Positions 1 through 14,430 of a stretch of 64,000 nucleotides of DNA are shown here, one piece after another. The stretch covers positions 5,580,001 through 5,644,000 of the forward strand of contig OZ024745.1 in the NCBI GenBank assembly GCA_964016885.1, in the 5' to 3' direction. Below the pieces are notes generated by a model. It was given only the letters and a program-made list of their open reading frames with translations. It was not told the DNA's origin and ran no database searches. Positions within the stretch are counted from its first letter, which is position 1; each line of letters starts with the position of its first letter. The position numbers and the translations under genes were made by a program. Source of the stretch: Eledone cirrhosa (taxonomy: Eukaryota).

Positions 1-139
1 TATAAACTATGACAATATACATTAGGTCGTTATAAACTATGACAACATTTGGTCGTTATAAACTATGACAACATACATTTGGTCGTTATAAACTGGCAAC
101 ATTTGGTTGTTATAAACTATGACAACATACATTTGGTCG

Positions 140-1000
140 TTATAAACAATGACAACATTTGGTCGTTATAAACAATGACAACATTTGATCGTTATAAACT
201 ATGAGAACATTTGGTCGTTATAAACTATGACAACATTTGATCGTTATAAACTATGAGAACATTTGGTCGTTATAAACAATGCCAACATTTGATCGTTATA
301 AACTATGACAACATACATTTGGTCGTAATAAACTATGACACCAGTTGATCGTTATAAACTATGACAACGTTTGGTCGTTATAAACTATCACAACATACAT
401 TTGGTCGTTATAAACTATGACAACATTTGGTCGTTATAAACTATGACAATATACATTAGGTCGTTATAAACTATGACAACATTTGGCCGTTATAAACTAT
501 GACAAAGTACATTTGGTGGTTATAAACTATGGCAACATTTGGTCGTTATAAACTATGACAACATTTGATCGTTATAAACTATGAGAACATTTGGTCGTTA
601 TAAACAATGACAACATTTGATCGTTATAAACTATGAGAACATTTGGTCGTTATAAACTATGACAACATTTGATCGTTATAAACTATGAGAACATTTGGTC
701 GTTATAAACAATGCCAACATTTGATCGTTATAAACTATGACAACATACATTTGGTCGTAATAAACTATGACACCAGTTGATCGTTATAAACTATGACAAC
801 GTTTGGTCGTTATAAACTATCACAACATACATTTGGTCGTTATAAACTATGACAACATTTGGTCGTTATAAACTATGACAATATACATTAGGTCGTTATA
901 AACTATGACAACATTTGGCCGTTATAAACTATGACAAAGTACATTTGGTGGTTATAAACTATGGCAACATTTGGTCGTTATAAACTATGACAACTTTTGA
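140..1000. repeat. 432-bp tandem duplication within the array
   Basis: Rare variants recur at offset 432: CCAGTTGATC at 341/773 and GACAAAGTAC at 501/933. AATGCCAAC also occurs in both copies. Boundaries approximate. Confidence 0.85.
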
Positions 1001-1379
1001 CCGTTATAAACTATGACAACATTTGGTCGTTATAAACTATGACCACATACATTTGGTCGTTATGAACTATAAAAACATTTGGTCGTTATAAACTATGACA
1101 ACATTTGGTCGTTATAAACTATGGCAACATTCGGTCGTTATAAACTATGACAACATACATTTGGTCGTTATAAACTATGGAAACATACATTTGGTCGTTA
1201 TAAACTATGACAACATTTGGTCGTTATAAACTATGACAACATACATTTGGTCGTTATAAACTATGACAACATACATTTGGTCGTTATAAACTATGACAAC
1301 ATACATTTGGTCGTTATAAACTATGGCAACATACATTTGGTCGTTATAAACTATGACAACATTTGGCCGTTATAAACTA

Positions 1380-4300
1380 TGACAACATACATTTGGTCGT
1401 TATAAACTATGACAACATACATTTGGTCGTTATAAACTATGACAACATACATTTGGACGTTATAAACTATGACAACATTTGGTCGTTATAAACTATGACA
1501 ACATACATTTGGTCGTTATAAACTATGACATCATACATTTGAACGTTATAAACTATGACAACATACATTAGTTCGTTATAAACTATGACAACATTTGGTC
1601 GTTATAAACTATGACAACATAGATTTGTTCGTTATAAACTATGACAACATTTGGTCGTTATAAACTATGACAACATTTGGTTGTTATAAACTATGACAAC
1701 ATTTGGTCGTTATAAACTATGACAACATTTGGTCGTTATAAACTATGGCAACACTTGGTCGTTATAAACTATGGCAACATACATTTGGTCGTTATAAACT
1801 ATGACAACATACATTAGGTCGTTATAAACTATGACAACATTTGGCCGTTATAAACTATGACAACATTTGGTCGTTATAAACTATGACAACTTTTGGTCGT
1901 TATGAACTATGACAACATACATTTGGTCGTTATAAACTATGACAACATACAGTTGGTCGTTATAAACTATAACAACATTTGGTCGTTATAAACTATGACA
2001 ACATTTGGTCGTTATAAACTATGACAACATTTGGTCGTTATAAACTATGACAACATACATTTGGTCGTTATAAACTATGACAACATTTGGTCGGTATAAA
2101 CTATGACAACATACATTTGGACGTTATAAACTATGACAACTTTTGGTCGTTATAAACTATGACAACATACATTTCGTCGTTATAAACTATGGCAACATTT
2201 GGTCGTTATAAACTATGACAACATTTGGTCGTTATGAACTATGACAACATACATTTGGTCGTTATAAATTATGACAACATTTGGTCGTTATAAACTATGA
2301 GAACAAACATTTGGTCGTTATAAACTATGACAACATACATTTGGTCGTTATAAACTATAACAACATTTGGTCGTTATAAACTATGACAACATACATTTGG
2401 TCGATATAAACTATGGCAACATTTGGTCGTTATAAACTATGACAACATTTGGTCGTTATAAACTATGGCAACACTTGGTCGTTATAAACTATGGCAACAT
2501 ACATTTGGTCGTTATAAACTATGGCAACATTTGGTCGTTATAAACTATGACAACATTTGGTCGTTATAAACTATGGCAACACTTGGTCGTTATAAACTAT
2601 GGCAACATACATTTGGTCGTTATAAACTATGACAACATACATTAGGTCGTTAAAAACTATGACAACATTTGGTCGTTATAAACTATGACAACATTTTGTC
2701 GTTATAAACTATGGCAACATACATTTGGTCGTTATAAACTATGACAACATTTGGTCGTTATAAACTATGATAACATTTGGTCGTTATAAACTATCACTAC
2801 ATACATTTGGTCGTTATAAACTATGACAACCTTTGGTCGTTATAAACTATGGCAACACTTGGTCGTTATAAACTATGACAACATACATTTGATCGTTATA
2901 AACAATGACAACATTTGGTCGTTATAAACAATGACAAAATTTGATCGTTATAAACTATGACAACATTTGGTCGTAATAAACTATGGCAACACTTGGTCGT
3001 TATAAACTATGACAACCTACATTTCGTCGTTATAACCTATGACAACATTTGGTCGTTATAAACTATGACAACATACATTTAGTCGTTATAAACTATGACA
3101 ACATTTGGTCGTTATAAACTATGACAACATACATTTAGTCGTTATAAACTATGACAACATTTGGTCGTTATAAATTACGACAACATACATTTGGTCATTA
3201 TAAACTATGAGAACATTTGGTCGTTATAAACTATGGCAACACTTGGTCGTTATAAACTATGACAACATACATTTGGTCGTTATAAACTATGACAACATAC
3301 ATTTGGTCGTTATAAACTATGACAACATACATTTGGACGTTATAAACTATGACAACATTTGGTCGTTATAAACTATGACAACATACATTTGGTCGTTATA
3401 AACTATGACATCATACATTTGAACGTTATAAACATACATTAGTTCGTTATAAACTATGACAACATTTGGTCGTTATAAACTATGACAACATAGATTTGTT
3501 CGTTATAAACTATGACAACATTTGGTCGTTATAAACTATGACAACATTTGGTCGTTATAAACTATGACAACATTTGGTCGTTATAAACTATGACAACATA
3601 CATTTGGTCGTTATAAACTATGACAACATTTGGCCGTTATAAACTATGACAACATTTGGTCGTTATAAACTATGACAACTTTTGGTCGTTATGAACTATG
3701 ACAACATACATTTGGTCGTTATAAACTATGACAACATACAGTTGGTCGTTATAAACTATAACAACATTTGGTCGTTATAAACTATGACAACATTTGGTCG
3801 TTATAAACTATGACAACATTTGGTCGTTATAAACTATGACAACATACATTTGGTCGTTATAAACTATGACAACATTTGGTCGGTATAAACTATGACAACA
3901 TACATTTGGACGTTATAAACTATGACAACTTTTGGTCGTTATAAACTATGACAACATACATTTCGTCGTTATAAACTATGGCAACATTTGGTCGTTATAA
4001 GCTATGACAACATTTGGTCGTTATGAACTATGACAACATACATTTGGTCGTTATAAATTATGACAACATTTGGTCGTTATAAACTATGAGAACAAACATT
4101 TGGTCGTTATAAACTATGACAACATACATTTGGTCGTTATAAACTATAACAACATTTGGTCGTTATAAACTATGACAACATACATTTGGTCGATATAAAC
4201 TATGGCAATATTTGGTCGTTATAAACTATGACAACATTTGGTCGTTATAAACTATGGCAACACTTGGTCGTTATAAACTATGACAACATACATTTGGTCG

Positions 4301-5090
4301 TTATAAACTATGGCAACATTTGGTCGTTATAAACTATGACAACATTTGGTCGTTATAAACTATGGCAACACTTGGTCGTTATAAACTATGGCAACATACA
4401 TTTGGTCGTTATAAACTATGACAACATACATTAGGTCGTTAAAAACTATGACAACATTTGGTCGTTATAAACTATGACAACATTTGGTCGTTATAAACTA
4501 TGACAACATACATTTTGTCGTTATAAACTATGGCAACATACATTTGGTCGTTATAAACTATGACAACATTTGGTCGTTATAAACTATGACAACATTTGGT
4601 CGTTATAAACTATCACTACATACATTTGGTCGTTATAAACTATGACAACCTTTGGTCGTTATAAACTATGGCAACACTTGGCCGTTATAAACTATGACAA
4701 CATACATTTGATCGTTATAAACAATGACAACATTTGGTCGTTATAAACAATTACAACATTTGATCGTTATAAACTATGACAACATTTGGTCGTAATAAAC
4801 TATGGCAACACTTGGTCGTTATAAACTATGACAACCTACATTTCGTCGTTATAAACTATGACAACATTTGGTCGTTATAAACTATGACAACATACATTTA
4901 GTCGTTATAAACTATGACAACATTTGGTCGTTATAAACTATGACAACATACATTTAGTCGTTATAAACTATGACAACATTTGGTCGTTATAAATTACGAC
5001 AACATACATTTGGTCATTATAAACTATGAGAACATTTGGTCGTTATAAACTATGGCAACACTTGGTCGTTATAAACTATGACAACATACA
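1380..5090. repeat. ~1.8-1.9-kb tandem duplication with monomer indels
   Basis: GACATCATACATTTGAAC at ~1527 and ~3407 (offset 1880). Both are followed by the same ordered variants (CGGT, GAGAACAAAC, CGATA, TCACTAC, AAATTACGAC). Boundaries approximate. Confidence 0.8.
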
Positions 5091-5517
5091 TTTGGTCGTT
5101 ATAAACAATGACAACATACATTTGGTCGTTATAAACTATGACAACATTTGGTCGTTATAAACTATGACAACATACATTTGGTCGTTAGAAACTATGACAA
5201 CATTTGGTCGTTATAAACTATGACAGCATTTGGTCGTTATAAACTATGACAACATACATTTGGTCGTTATAAACTGACAACATACATTTGGTCGTTATAA
5301 ACAATGACAACATTTGGTCGTTATAAACTATGACAACGTTTGATCGTTATAAACTATGACAACATACATTAGGTCGTTATAAACTATGGCAACACTTGGT
5401 CGTTATAAACTATGACAACATACATTTGGTCGTTATAAACTGGCAACATTTGGTTGTTATAAACTATGACAACATACATTTGGTCGTTATAAACAATGAC
5501 AACATTTGGTCGTTATA

Positions 5518-5955
5518 AACAATGACAACATTTGATCGTTATAAACTATGAGAACATATGGTCGTTATAAACTATGACAACATTTGATCGTTATAAACTA
5601 TGAGAACATTTGGTCGTTATAAACAATGACAACATTTGATCGTTATAAACTATGAGAACATTTGGTCGTTATAAACTATGACAACATTTGATCGTTATAA
5701 ACTATGAGAACATTTGGTCGTTATAAACAATGACAACATTTGATCGTTATAAACTATGAGAACATTTGGTCGTTATAAACTATGACAACATTTGATCGTT
5801 ATAAACTATGAGAACATTTGGTCGTTATAAACAATGACAACATTTGATCGTTATAAACTATGAGAACATTTGGTCGTTATAAACTATGACAACATTTGAT
5901 CGTTATAAACTATGTGAACATTTGGTCGTTATAAACAATGACAACATTTGATCGT
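5518..5955. repeat. Local 52-bp dimer / 104-bp tetramer sub-array made only of 26-mers
   Basis: Strict alternation of TTTGATC and GAGAAC variant monomers, with AACAAT recurring at 5518, 5622, 5726, 5830 and 5934 (104-bp period). Confidence 0.9.
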
Positions 5956-7290
5956 TATAAACTATGACAACATACATTTGGTCGTAATAAACTATGACAA
6001 TAGTTGATCGTTATAAACTATGACAACGTTTGGTCGTTATAAACTATCACAACATACATTTCGTCGTTATAAACTATGACAACATTTGGTCGTTATAAAC
6101 TATGACAATATACATTAGGTCGTTATAAACTATGACAACATTTGGCCGTTATAAACTATGACAAAGTACATTTGGTGGTTATAAACTATGGCAACATTTG
6201 GTCGTTATAAACTATGACAACATTTGACCGTTATAAACTATGACAACATTTGGTCGTTATAAACTATGACCACATACATTTGGTCGTTATAATCTATAAA
6301 AATATTTGGTCGTTATAAACTATGACAACATTTGGTCGTTATAAACTATGGCAACATTCGGTCGTTATAAACTATGACAACATACATTTGGTCGTTATAA
6401 ACTATGACAACATTTGGTCGTTATAAACTATGACAACATACATTTGGTCGTTATAAACTATGACAACATACATTTGGTCGTTATAAACTATGACAACATA
6501 CATTTGGTCGTTATAAACTATGGCAACATACATTTGGTCGTTATAAACTATGACAACATTTGGCCGTTATAAACTATGACAACATACATTTGGTCGTTAT
6601 AAACTATGACAACATACATTTGGTCGTTATGAACTATGACAACATACATTTGGACGTTATAAACTATGACAACATTTGGTCGTTATAAACTATGACAACA
6701 TACATTTGGTCGTTATAAACTATGACATCATACATTTGAACGTTATAAACTATGACAACATACATTAGTTCGTTATAAACTATGACAACATTTGGTCGTT
6801 ATAAACTATGACAACATAGATTTGTTCGTTATAAACTATGACAACATTTGGTCGTTATAAACTATGACAACATTTGGTCGTTATAAACTATGACAACATT
6901 TGGTCGTTATAAACTATGACAACATACATTTGGTCGTTATAAACTATGACAACATTTGGCCGTTATAAACTATGACAACATTTGGTCGTTATAAACTATG
7001 ACAACTTTTGGTCGTTATGAACTATGACAACATACATTTGGTCGTTATAAACTATGACAACATACAGTTGGTCGTTATAAACTATAACAACATTTGGTCG
7101 TTATAACCTATGACAACATTTGGTCGTTATAAACTATGACAACATTTGGTCGTTATAAACTATGACAACATACATTTGGTCGTTATAAACTATGACAACA
7201 TTTGGTCGGTATAAACTATGACAACATACATTTGGACGTTATAAACTATGACAACTTTTGGTCGTTATAAACTATGACAACATACATTTC

Positions 7291-10200
7291 GTCGTTATAA
7301 ACTATGGCAACATTTGGTCGTTATAAACTATGACAACATTTGATCGTTATAAACTATGACAACATACATTTGGTCGTAATAAACTATGACAACATACATT
7401 TGGTCGTTATAAACTATGACAACATACAGTTGGTCGTTATAAACTATAACAACATTTGGTCGTTATAAACAATGACAACAGTTGATCGTTATAAACTATG
7501 ACAACGTTTAGTCGTTATAAACTATCACAACATACATTTGGTCGTTATAAACTATGACAACATTTGGTCGTTATAAACTATGACAATATACATTAGGTCG
7601 TTATAAACTATGACAACATTTGGCCGTTATAAACTATGACAAATTACATTTGGTGGTTATAAACTATGGCAACATTTGGTCGTTATAAACTATGACAACA
7701 TTTGACCGTTATAAACTATGACAACATTTGGTCGTTATAAACTATGACCACATACATTTGGTCGTTATAAACTATAAAAACATTTGGTCGTTATAAACTA
7801 TGACAACATTTGGTCGTTATAAACTATGGCAACATTCGGTCCTTATAAACTATGACAACATACATTTGGTCGTTATAAACTATGGCAACATACATTTGGT
7901 CGTTATAAACTATGACAACATTTGGTCGTTATAAACTATGACAACATACATTTGGTCGTTATAAACTATGACAACATACATTTGGTCGTTATAAACTATG
8001 ACAACATACATTTGGTCGTTATAAACTATGGCAACATACATTTGGTCGTTATAAACTATGACAACATTTGGCCGTTATAAACTATGACAACATACATTTG
8101 GTCGTTATAAACTATGACAACATACATTTGGTCGTTATAAACTATGACAACATACATTTGGACGTTATAAACTATGACAACATTTGGTCGTTATAAACTA
8201 TGACAACATACATTTGGTCGTTATAAACTATGACATCATACATTTGAACGTTATAAACTATGACAACATACATTAGTTCGTTATAAACTATGACAACATT
8301 TGGTCGTTATAAACTATGACAACATAGATTAGTTCGTTATAAACTATGACAACATTTGGTCGTTATAAACTATGACAACATTTGGTTGTTATAAACTATG
8401 ACAACATTTGGGCGTTATAAACTATGACAACATACATTTGGTCGTTATAAACTATGACAACATTTGGCCGTTATAAACTATGACAACATTTGGTCGTTAT
8501 AAACTATGACAACTTTTGGTCGTTATGAACTATGACAACATACATTTGGTCGTTATAAACTATGACAACATACAGTTGGTCGTTATAAACTATAACAACA
8601 TTTGGTCGTTATAAACTATGACAACATTTGGTCGTTATAAACTATGACAACATTTGGTCGTTATAAACTATGACAACATACATTTGGTCGGTATAAACTA
8701 TGACAACATTTGGTGGGTATAAACTATGACAACATACATTTGGACGTTATAAACTATGACAACTTTTGGTCGTTATAAACTATGACAACATACATTTCGT
8801 CGTTATAAACTATGGCAACATTTGGTCGTTATAAACTATGACAACATTTGGTCGTTATGAACTATGACAACATACATTTGGTCGTTATAAACTATAACAA
8901 CATTTGGTGGTTATAAACTATGACAACATACATTTGGTCGATATAAACTATGACAACCTTTGGTCGTTATAAACTATGGCAACACTTGGTCGTTATAAAC
9001 TATGACAACATACATTTGATCGTTATAAACAATGACAACATTTGGTCGTTATAAACAATGACAACATTTGATCGTTATAAACTATGACAACATTTGGTCG
9101 TAATAAACTATGGCAACACTTGGTCGTTATAAACTATGACAACCTACATTTCGTCGTTATAAACTATGACAACATTTGGTCGTTATAAACTATGACAACA
9201 TACATTTAGTCGTTATAAACTATGACAACATTTGGTCGTTATAAACTATGACAACATTTGGTCGTTATGAACTATGACAACATACATTTGGTCGTTATAA
9301 ATTATGACAACATTTGGTCGTTATAAACTATGAGAACAAACATTTGGTCGTTATAAACTATGACAACATACATTTGGTCGTTATAAACTATAACAACATT
9401 TGGTCGTTATAAACTATGACAACATACATTTGGTCGATATAAACTATGGCAACATTTGGTCGTTATAAACTATGACAACATTTGGTCGTTATAAACTATG
9501 GCAACACTTGGTCGTTATAAACTATGACAACATACATTTGGTCGTTATAAACTATGGCAACATTTGGTCGTTATAAACTATGACAACATTTGGTCGTTAT
9601 AAACTATAGCAACACTTGGTCGTTATAAACTATGGCAACATACATTTGGTCGTTATAAACTATGACAACATACATTAGGTCGTTAAAAACTATGACACCA
9701 TTTGGTCGTTATAAACTATGACAACATTTGGTCGTTATAAACTATGACAACATACATTTTGTCGTTATAAACTATGGCAACATACATTTGGTCGTTATAA
9801 ACTATGACAACATTTGGTCGTTATAAACTATGACAACATTTCGTCGTTATAAACAATCACTACATACATTTGGTCGTTATAAACTATAACAACCTTTGGT
9901 CGTTATAAACTATGGCAACACTTGGTCGTTATAAACTATGACAACATACATTTGATCGTTATAAACAATGACAACATTTGGTCGTTATAAACAATGACAA
10001 CATTTGATCGTTATAAACTATGACAACATTTGGTCGTAATAAACTATGGCAACACTTGGTCGTTATAAACTATGACAACCTACATTTCGTCGTTATAAAC
10101 TATGACAACATTTGGTCGTTATAAACTATGACAACAAACATTTGGTCGTTATAAACTATGACATCATACATTTGAACGTTATAAACTATGACAACATACA

Positions 10201-13200
10201 TTAGTTCGTTATAAACTATGACAACATTTGGTCGTTATAAACTATGACAACATAGATTTGTTCGTTATAAACTATGACAACATTTGGTCGTTATAAACTA
10301 TGACAACATTTGGTCGTTATAAACTATGACAACATTTGGTCGTTATAAACTATGACAACATACATTTGGTCGTTATAAACTATGACAACATTTGGCCGTT
10401 ATAAACTATGACAACATTTGGTCGTTATAAACTATGACAACATACAGTTGGTCGTTATAAACTATAACAACATTTGGTCGTTATAAACTATGACAACATT
10501 TGGTCGTTATAAACTATGACAACATTTGGTCGTTATAAACTATGACAACATACATTTGGTCGTTATAAACTATGACAATATTTGGTCGGTATAAACTATG
10601 ACAACATACATTTGGACGTTATAAACTATGACAACTTTTGGTCGTTATAAACTATGACAACATACATTTCGTCGTTATAAACTATGGCAACATTTGGTCG
10701 TTATAAACTATGACAACATTTGATCGTTATAAACTATGACAACATACATTTGGTCGTAATAAACTATGACAACATTTGGTCGTTATAAACAATGACAACA
10801 GTTGATCGTTATAAACTATGACAACGTTTAGTCGTTATAAACTATCACAACATACATTTGGTCGTTATAAACTATGGCAACATTTGGTCGTTATAAACTA
10901 TGACAACATTTGATCGTTATAAACTATGACAACATACATTTGGTCGTAATAAACTATGACAACATACATTTGGTCGTTATAAACTATGACAACATACAGT
11001 TGGTCGTTATAAACTATAACAACATTTGGTCGTTATAAACAATGACAACAGTTGATCGTTATAAACTATGACAACGTTTAGTCGTTATAAACTATCACAA
11101 CATACATTTGGTCGTTATAAACTATGACAACATTTGGTCGTTATAAACTATGACAATATACATTAGGTCGTTATAAACTATGACAACATTTGGCCGTTAT
11201 AAACTATGACAAATTACATTTGGTGGTTATAAACTATGGCAACATTTGGTCGTTATAAACTATGACAACATTTGACCGTTATAAACTATGACAACATTTG
11301 GTCGTTATAAACTATGACCACATACATTTGGACGTTATAAACTATAAAAACATTTGGTCGTTATAAACTATGACAACATTTGGTCGTTATAAACTATGGC
11401 AACATTCGGTCCTTATAAACTATGACAACATACATTTGGTCGTTATAAACTATGGCAACATACATTTGGTCGTTATAAACTATGACAACATTTGGTCGTT
11501 ATAAACTATGACAACATACATTTGGTCGTTATAAACTATGACAACATACATTTGGTCGTTATAAACTATGACAACATACATTTGGTCGTTATAAACTATG
11601 GCAACATACATTTGGTCGTTATAAACTATGACAACATTTGGCCGTTATAAACTATGACAACATACATTTGGTCGTTATAAACTATGACAACATACATTTG
11701 GTCGTTATAAACTATGACAACATACATTTGGACGTTATAAACTATGACAACATTTGGTCGTTATAAACTATGACAACATACATTTGGTCGTTATAAACTA
11801 TGACATCATACATTTGAACGTTATAAACTATGACAACATACATTAGTTCGTTATAAACTATGACAACATTTGGTCGTTATAAACTATGACAACATAGATT
11901 AGTTCGTTATAAACTATGACAACATTTGGTCGTTATAAACTATGACAACATTTGGTTGTTATAAACTATGACAACATTTGGGCGTTATAAACTATGACAA
12001 CATACATTTGGTCGTTATAAACTATGACAACATTTGGCCGTTATAAACTATGACAACATTTGGTCGTTATAAACTATGACAACTTTTGGTCGTTATGAAC
12101 TATGACAACATACATTTGGTCGTTATAAACTATGACAACATACAGTTGGTCGTTATAAACTATAACAACATTTGGTCGTTATAAACTATGACAACATTTG
12201 GTCGTTATAAACTATGACAACATTTGGTCGTTATAAACTATGACAACATACATTTGGTCGGTATAAACTATGACAACATTTGGTGGGTATAAACTATGAC
12301 AACATACATTTGGACGTTATAAACTATGACAACTTTTGGTCGTTATAAACTATGACAACATACATTTCGTCGTTATAAACTATGGCAACATTTGGTCGTT
12401 ATAAACTATGACAACATTTGGTCGTTATGAACTATGACAACATACATTTGGTCGTTATAAACTATAACAACATTTGGTGGTTATAAACTATGACAACATA
12501 CATTTGGTCGATATAAACTATGACAACCTTTGGTCGTTATAAACTATGGCAACACTTGGTCGTTATAAACTATGACAACATACATTTGATCGTTATAAAC
12601 AATGACAACATTTGGTCGTTATAAACAATGACAACATTTGATCGTTATAAACTATGACAACATTTGGTCGTAATAAACTATGGCAACACTTGGTCGTTAT
12701 AAACTATGACAACCTACATTTCGTCGTTATAAACTATGACAACATTTGGTCGTTATAAACTATGACAACATACATTTAGTCGTTATAAACTATGACAACA
12801 TTTGGTCGTTATAAACTATGACAACATTTGGTCGTTATGAACTATGACAACATACATTTGGTCGTTATAAATTATGACAACATTTGGTCGTTATAAACTA
12901 TGAGAACAAACATTTGGTCGTTATAAACTATGACAACATACATTTGGTCGTTATAAACTATAACAACATTTGGTCGTTATAAACTATGACAACATACATT
13001 TGGTCGATATAAACTATGGCAACATTTGGTCGTTATAAACTATGACAACATTTGGTCGTTATAAACTATGGCAACACTTGGTCGTTATAAACTATGACAA
13101 CATACATTTGGTCGTTATAAACTATGGCAACATTTGGTCGTTATAAACTATGACAACATTTGGTCGTTATAAACTATAGCAACACTTGGTCGTTATAAAC

Positions 13201-14430
13201 TATGGCAACATACATTTGGTCGTTATAAACTATGACAACATACATTAGGTCGTTAAAAACTATGACACCATTTGGTCGTTATAAACTATGACAACATTTG
13301 GTCGTTATAAACTATGACAACATACATTTTGTCGTTATAAACTATGGCAACATACATTTGGTCGTTATAAACTATGACAACATTTGGTCGTTATAAACTA
13401 TGACAACATTTCGTCGTTATAAACAATCACTACATACATTTGGTCGTTATAAACTATAACAACCTTTGGTCGTTATAAACTATGGCAACACTTGGTCGTT
13501 ATAAACTATGACAACATACATTTGATCGTTATAAACAATGACAACATTTGGTCGTTATAAACAATGACAACATTTGATCGTTATAAACTATGACAACATT
13601 TGGTCGTAATAAACTATGGCAACACTTGGTCGTTATAAACTATGACAACCTACATTTCGTCGTTATAAACTATGACAACATTTGGTCGTTATAAACTATG
13701 ACAACAAACATTTGGTCGTTATAAACTATGACATCATACATTTGAACGTTATAAACTATGACAACATACATTAGTTCGTTATAAACTATGACAACATTTG
13801 GTCGTTATAAACTATGACAACATAGATTTGTTCGTTATAAACTATGACAACATTTGGTCGTTATAAACTATGACAACATTTGGTCGTTATAAACTATGAC
13901 AACATTTGGTCGTTATAAACTATGACAACATACATTTGGTCGTTATAAACTATGACAACATTTGGCCGTTATAAACTATGACAACATTTGGTCGTTATAA
14001 ACTATGACAACATACAGTTGGTCGTTATAAACTATAACAACATTTGGTCGTTATAAACTATGACAACATTTGGTCGTTATAAACTATGACAACATTTGGT
14101 CGTTATAAACTATGACAACATACATTTGGTCGTTATAAACTATGACAATATTTGGTCGGTATAAACTATGACAACATACATTTGGACGTTATAAACTATG
14201 ACAACTTTTGGTCGTTATAAACTATGACAACATACATTTCGTCGTTATAAACTATGGCAACATTTGGTCGTTATAAACTATGACAACATTTGATCGTTAT
14301 AAACTATGACAACATACATTTGGTCGTAATAAACTATGACAACATTTGGTCGTTATAAACAATGACAACAGTTGATCGTTATAAACTATGACAACGTTTA
14401 GTCGTTATAAACTATCACAACATACATTTG
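7291..14430. repeat. Near-identical 3,570-bp tandem duplication (junction ~10860)
   Basis: Offset 3570 for TTCGGTCCTT (CC at 7841/11411), GACACCA (9694/13264), GACCAC (7746/11316) and ACTATCACAA (10841/14411). Confidence 0.92.
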
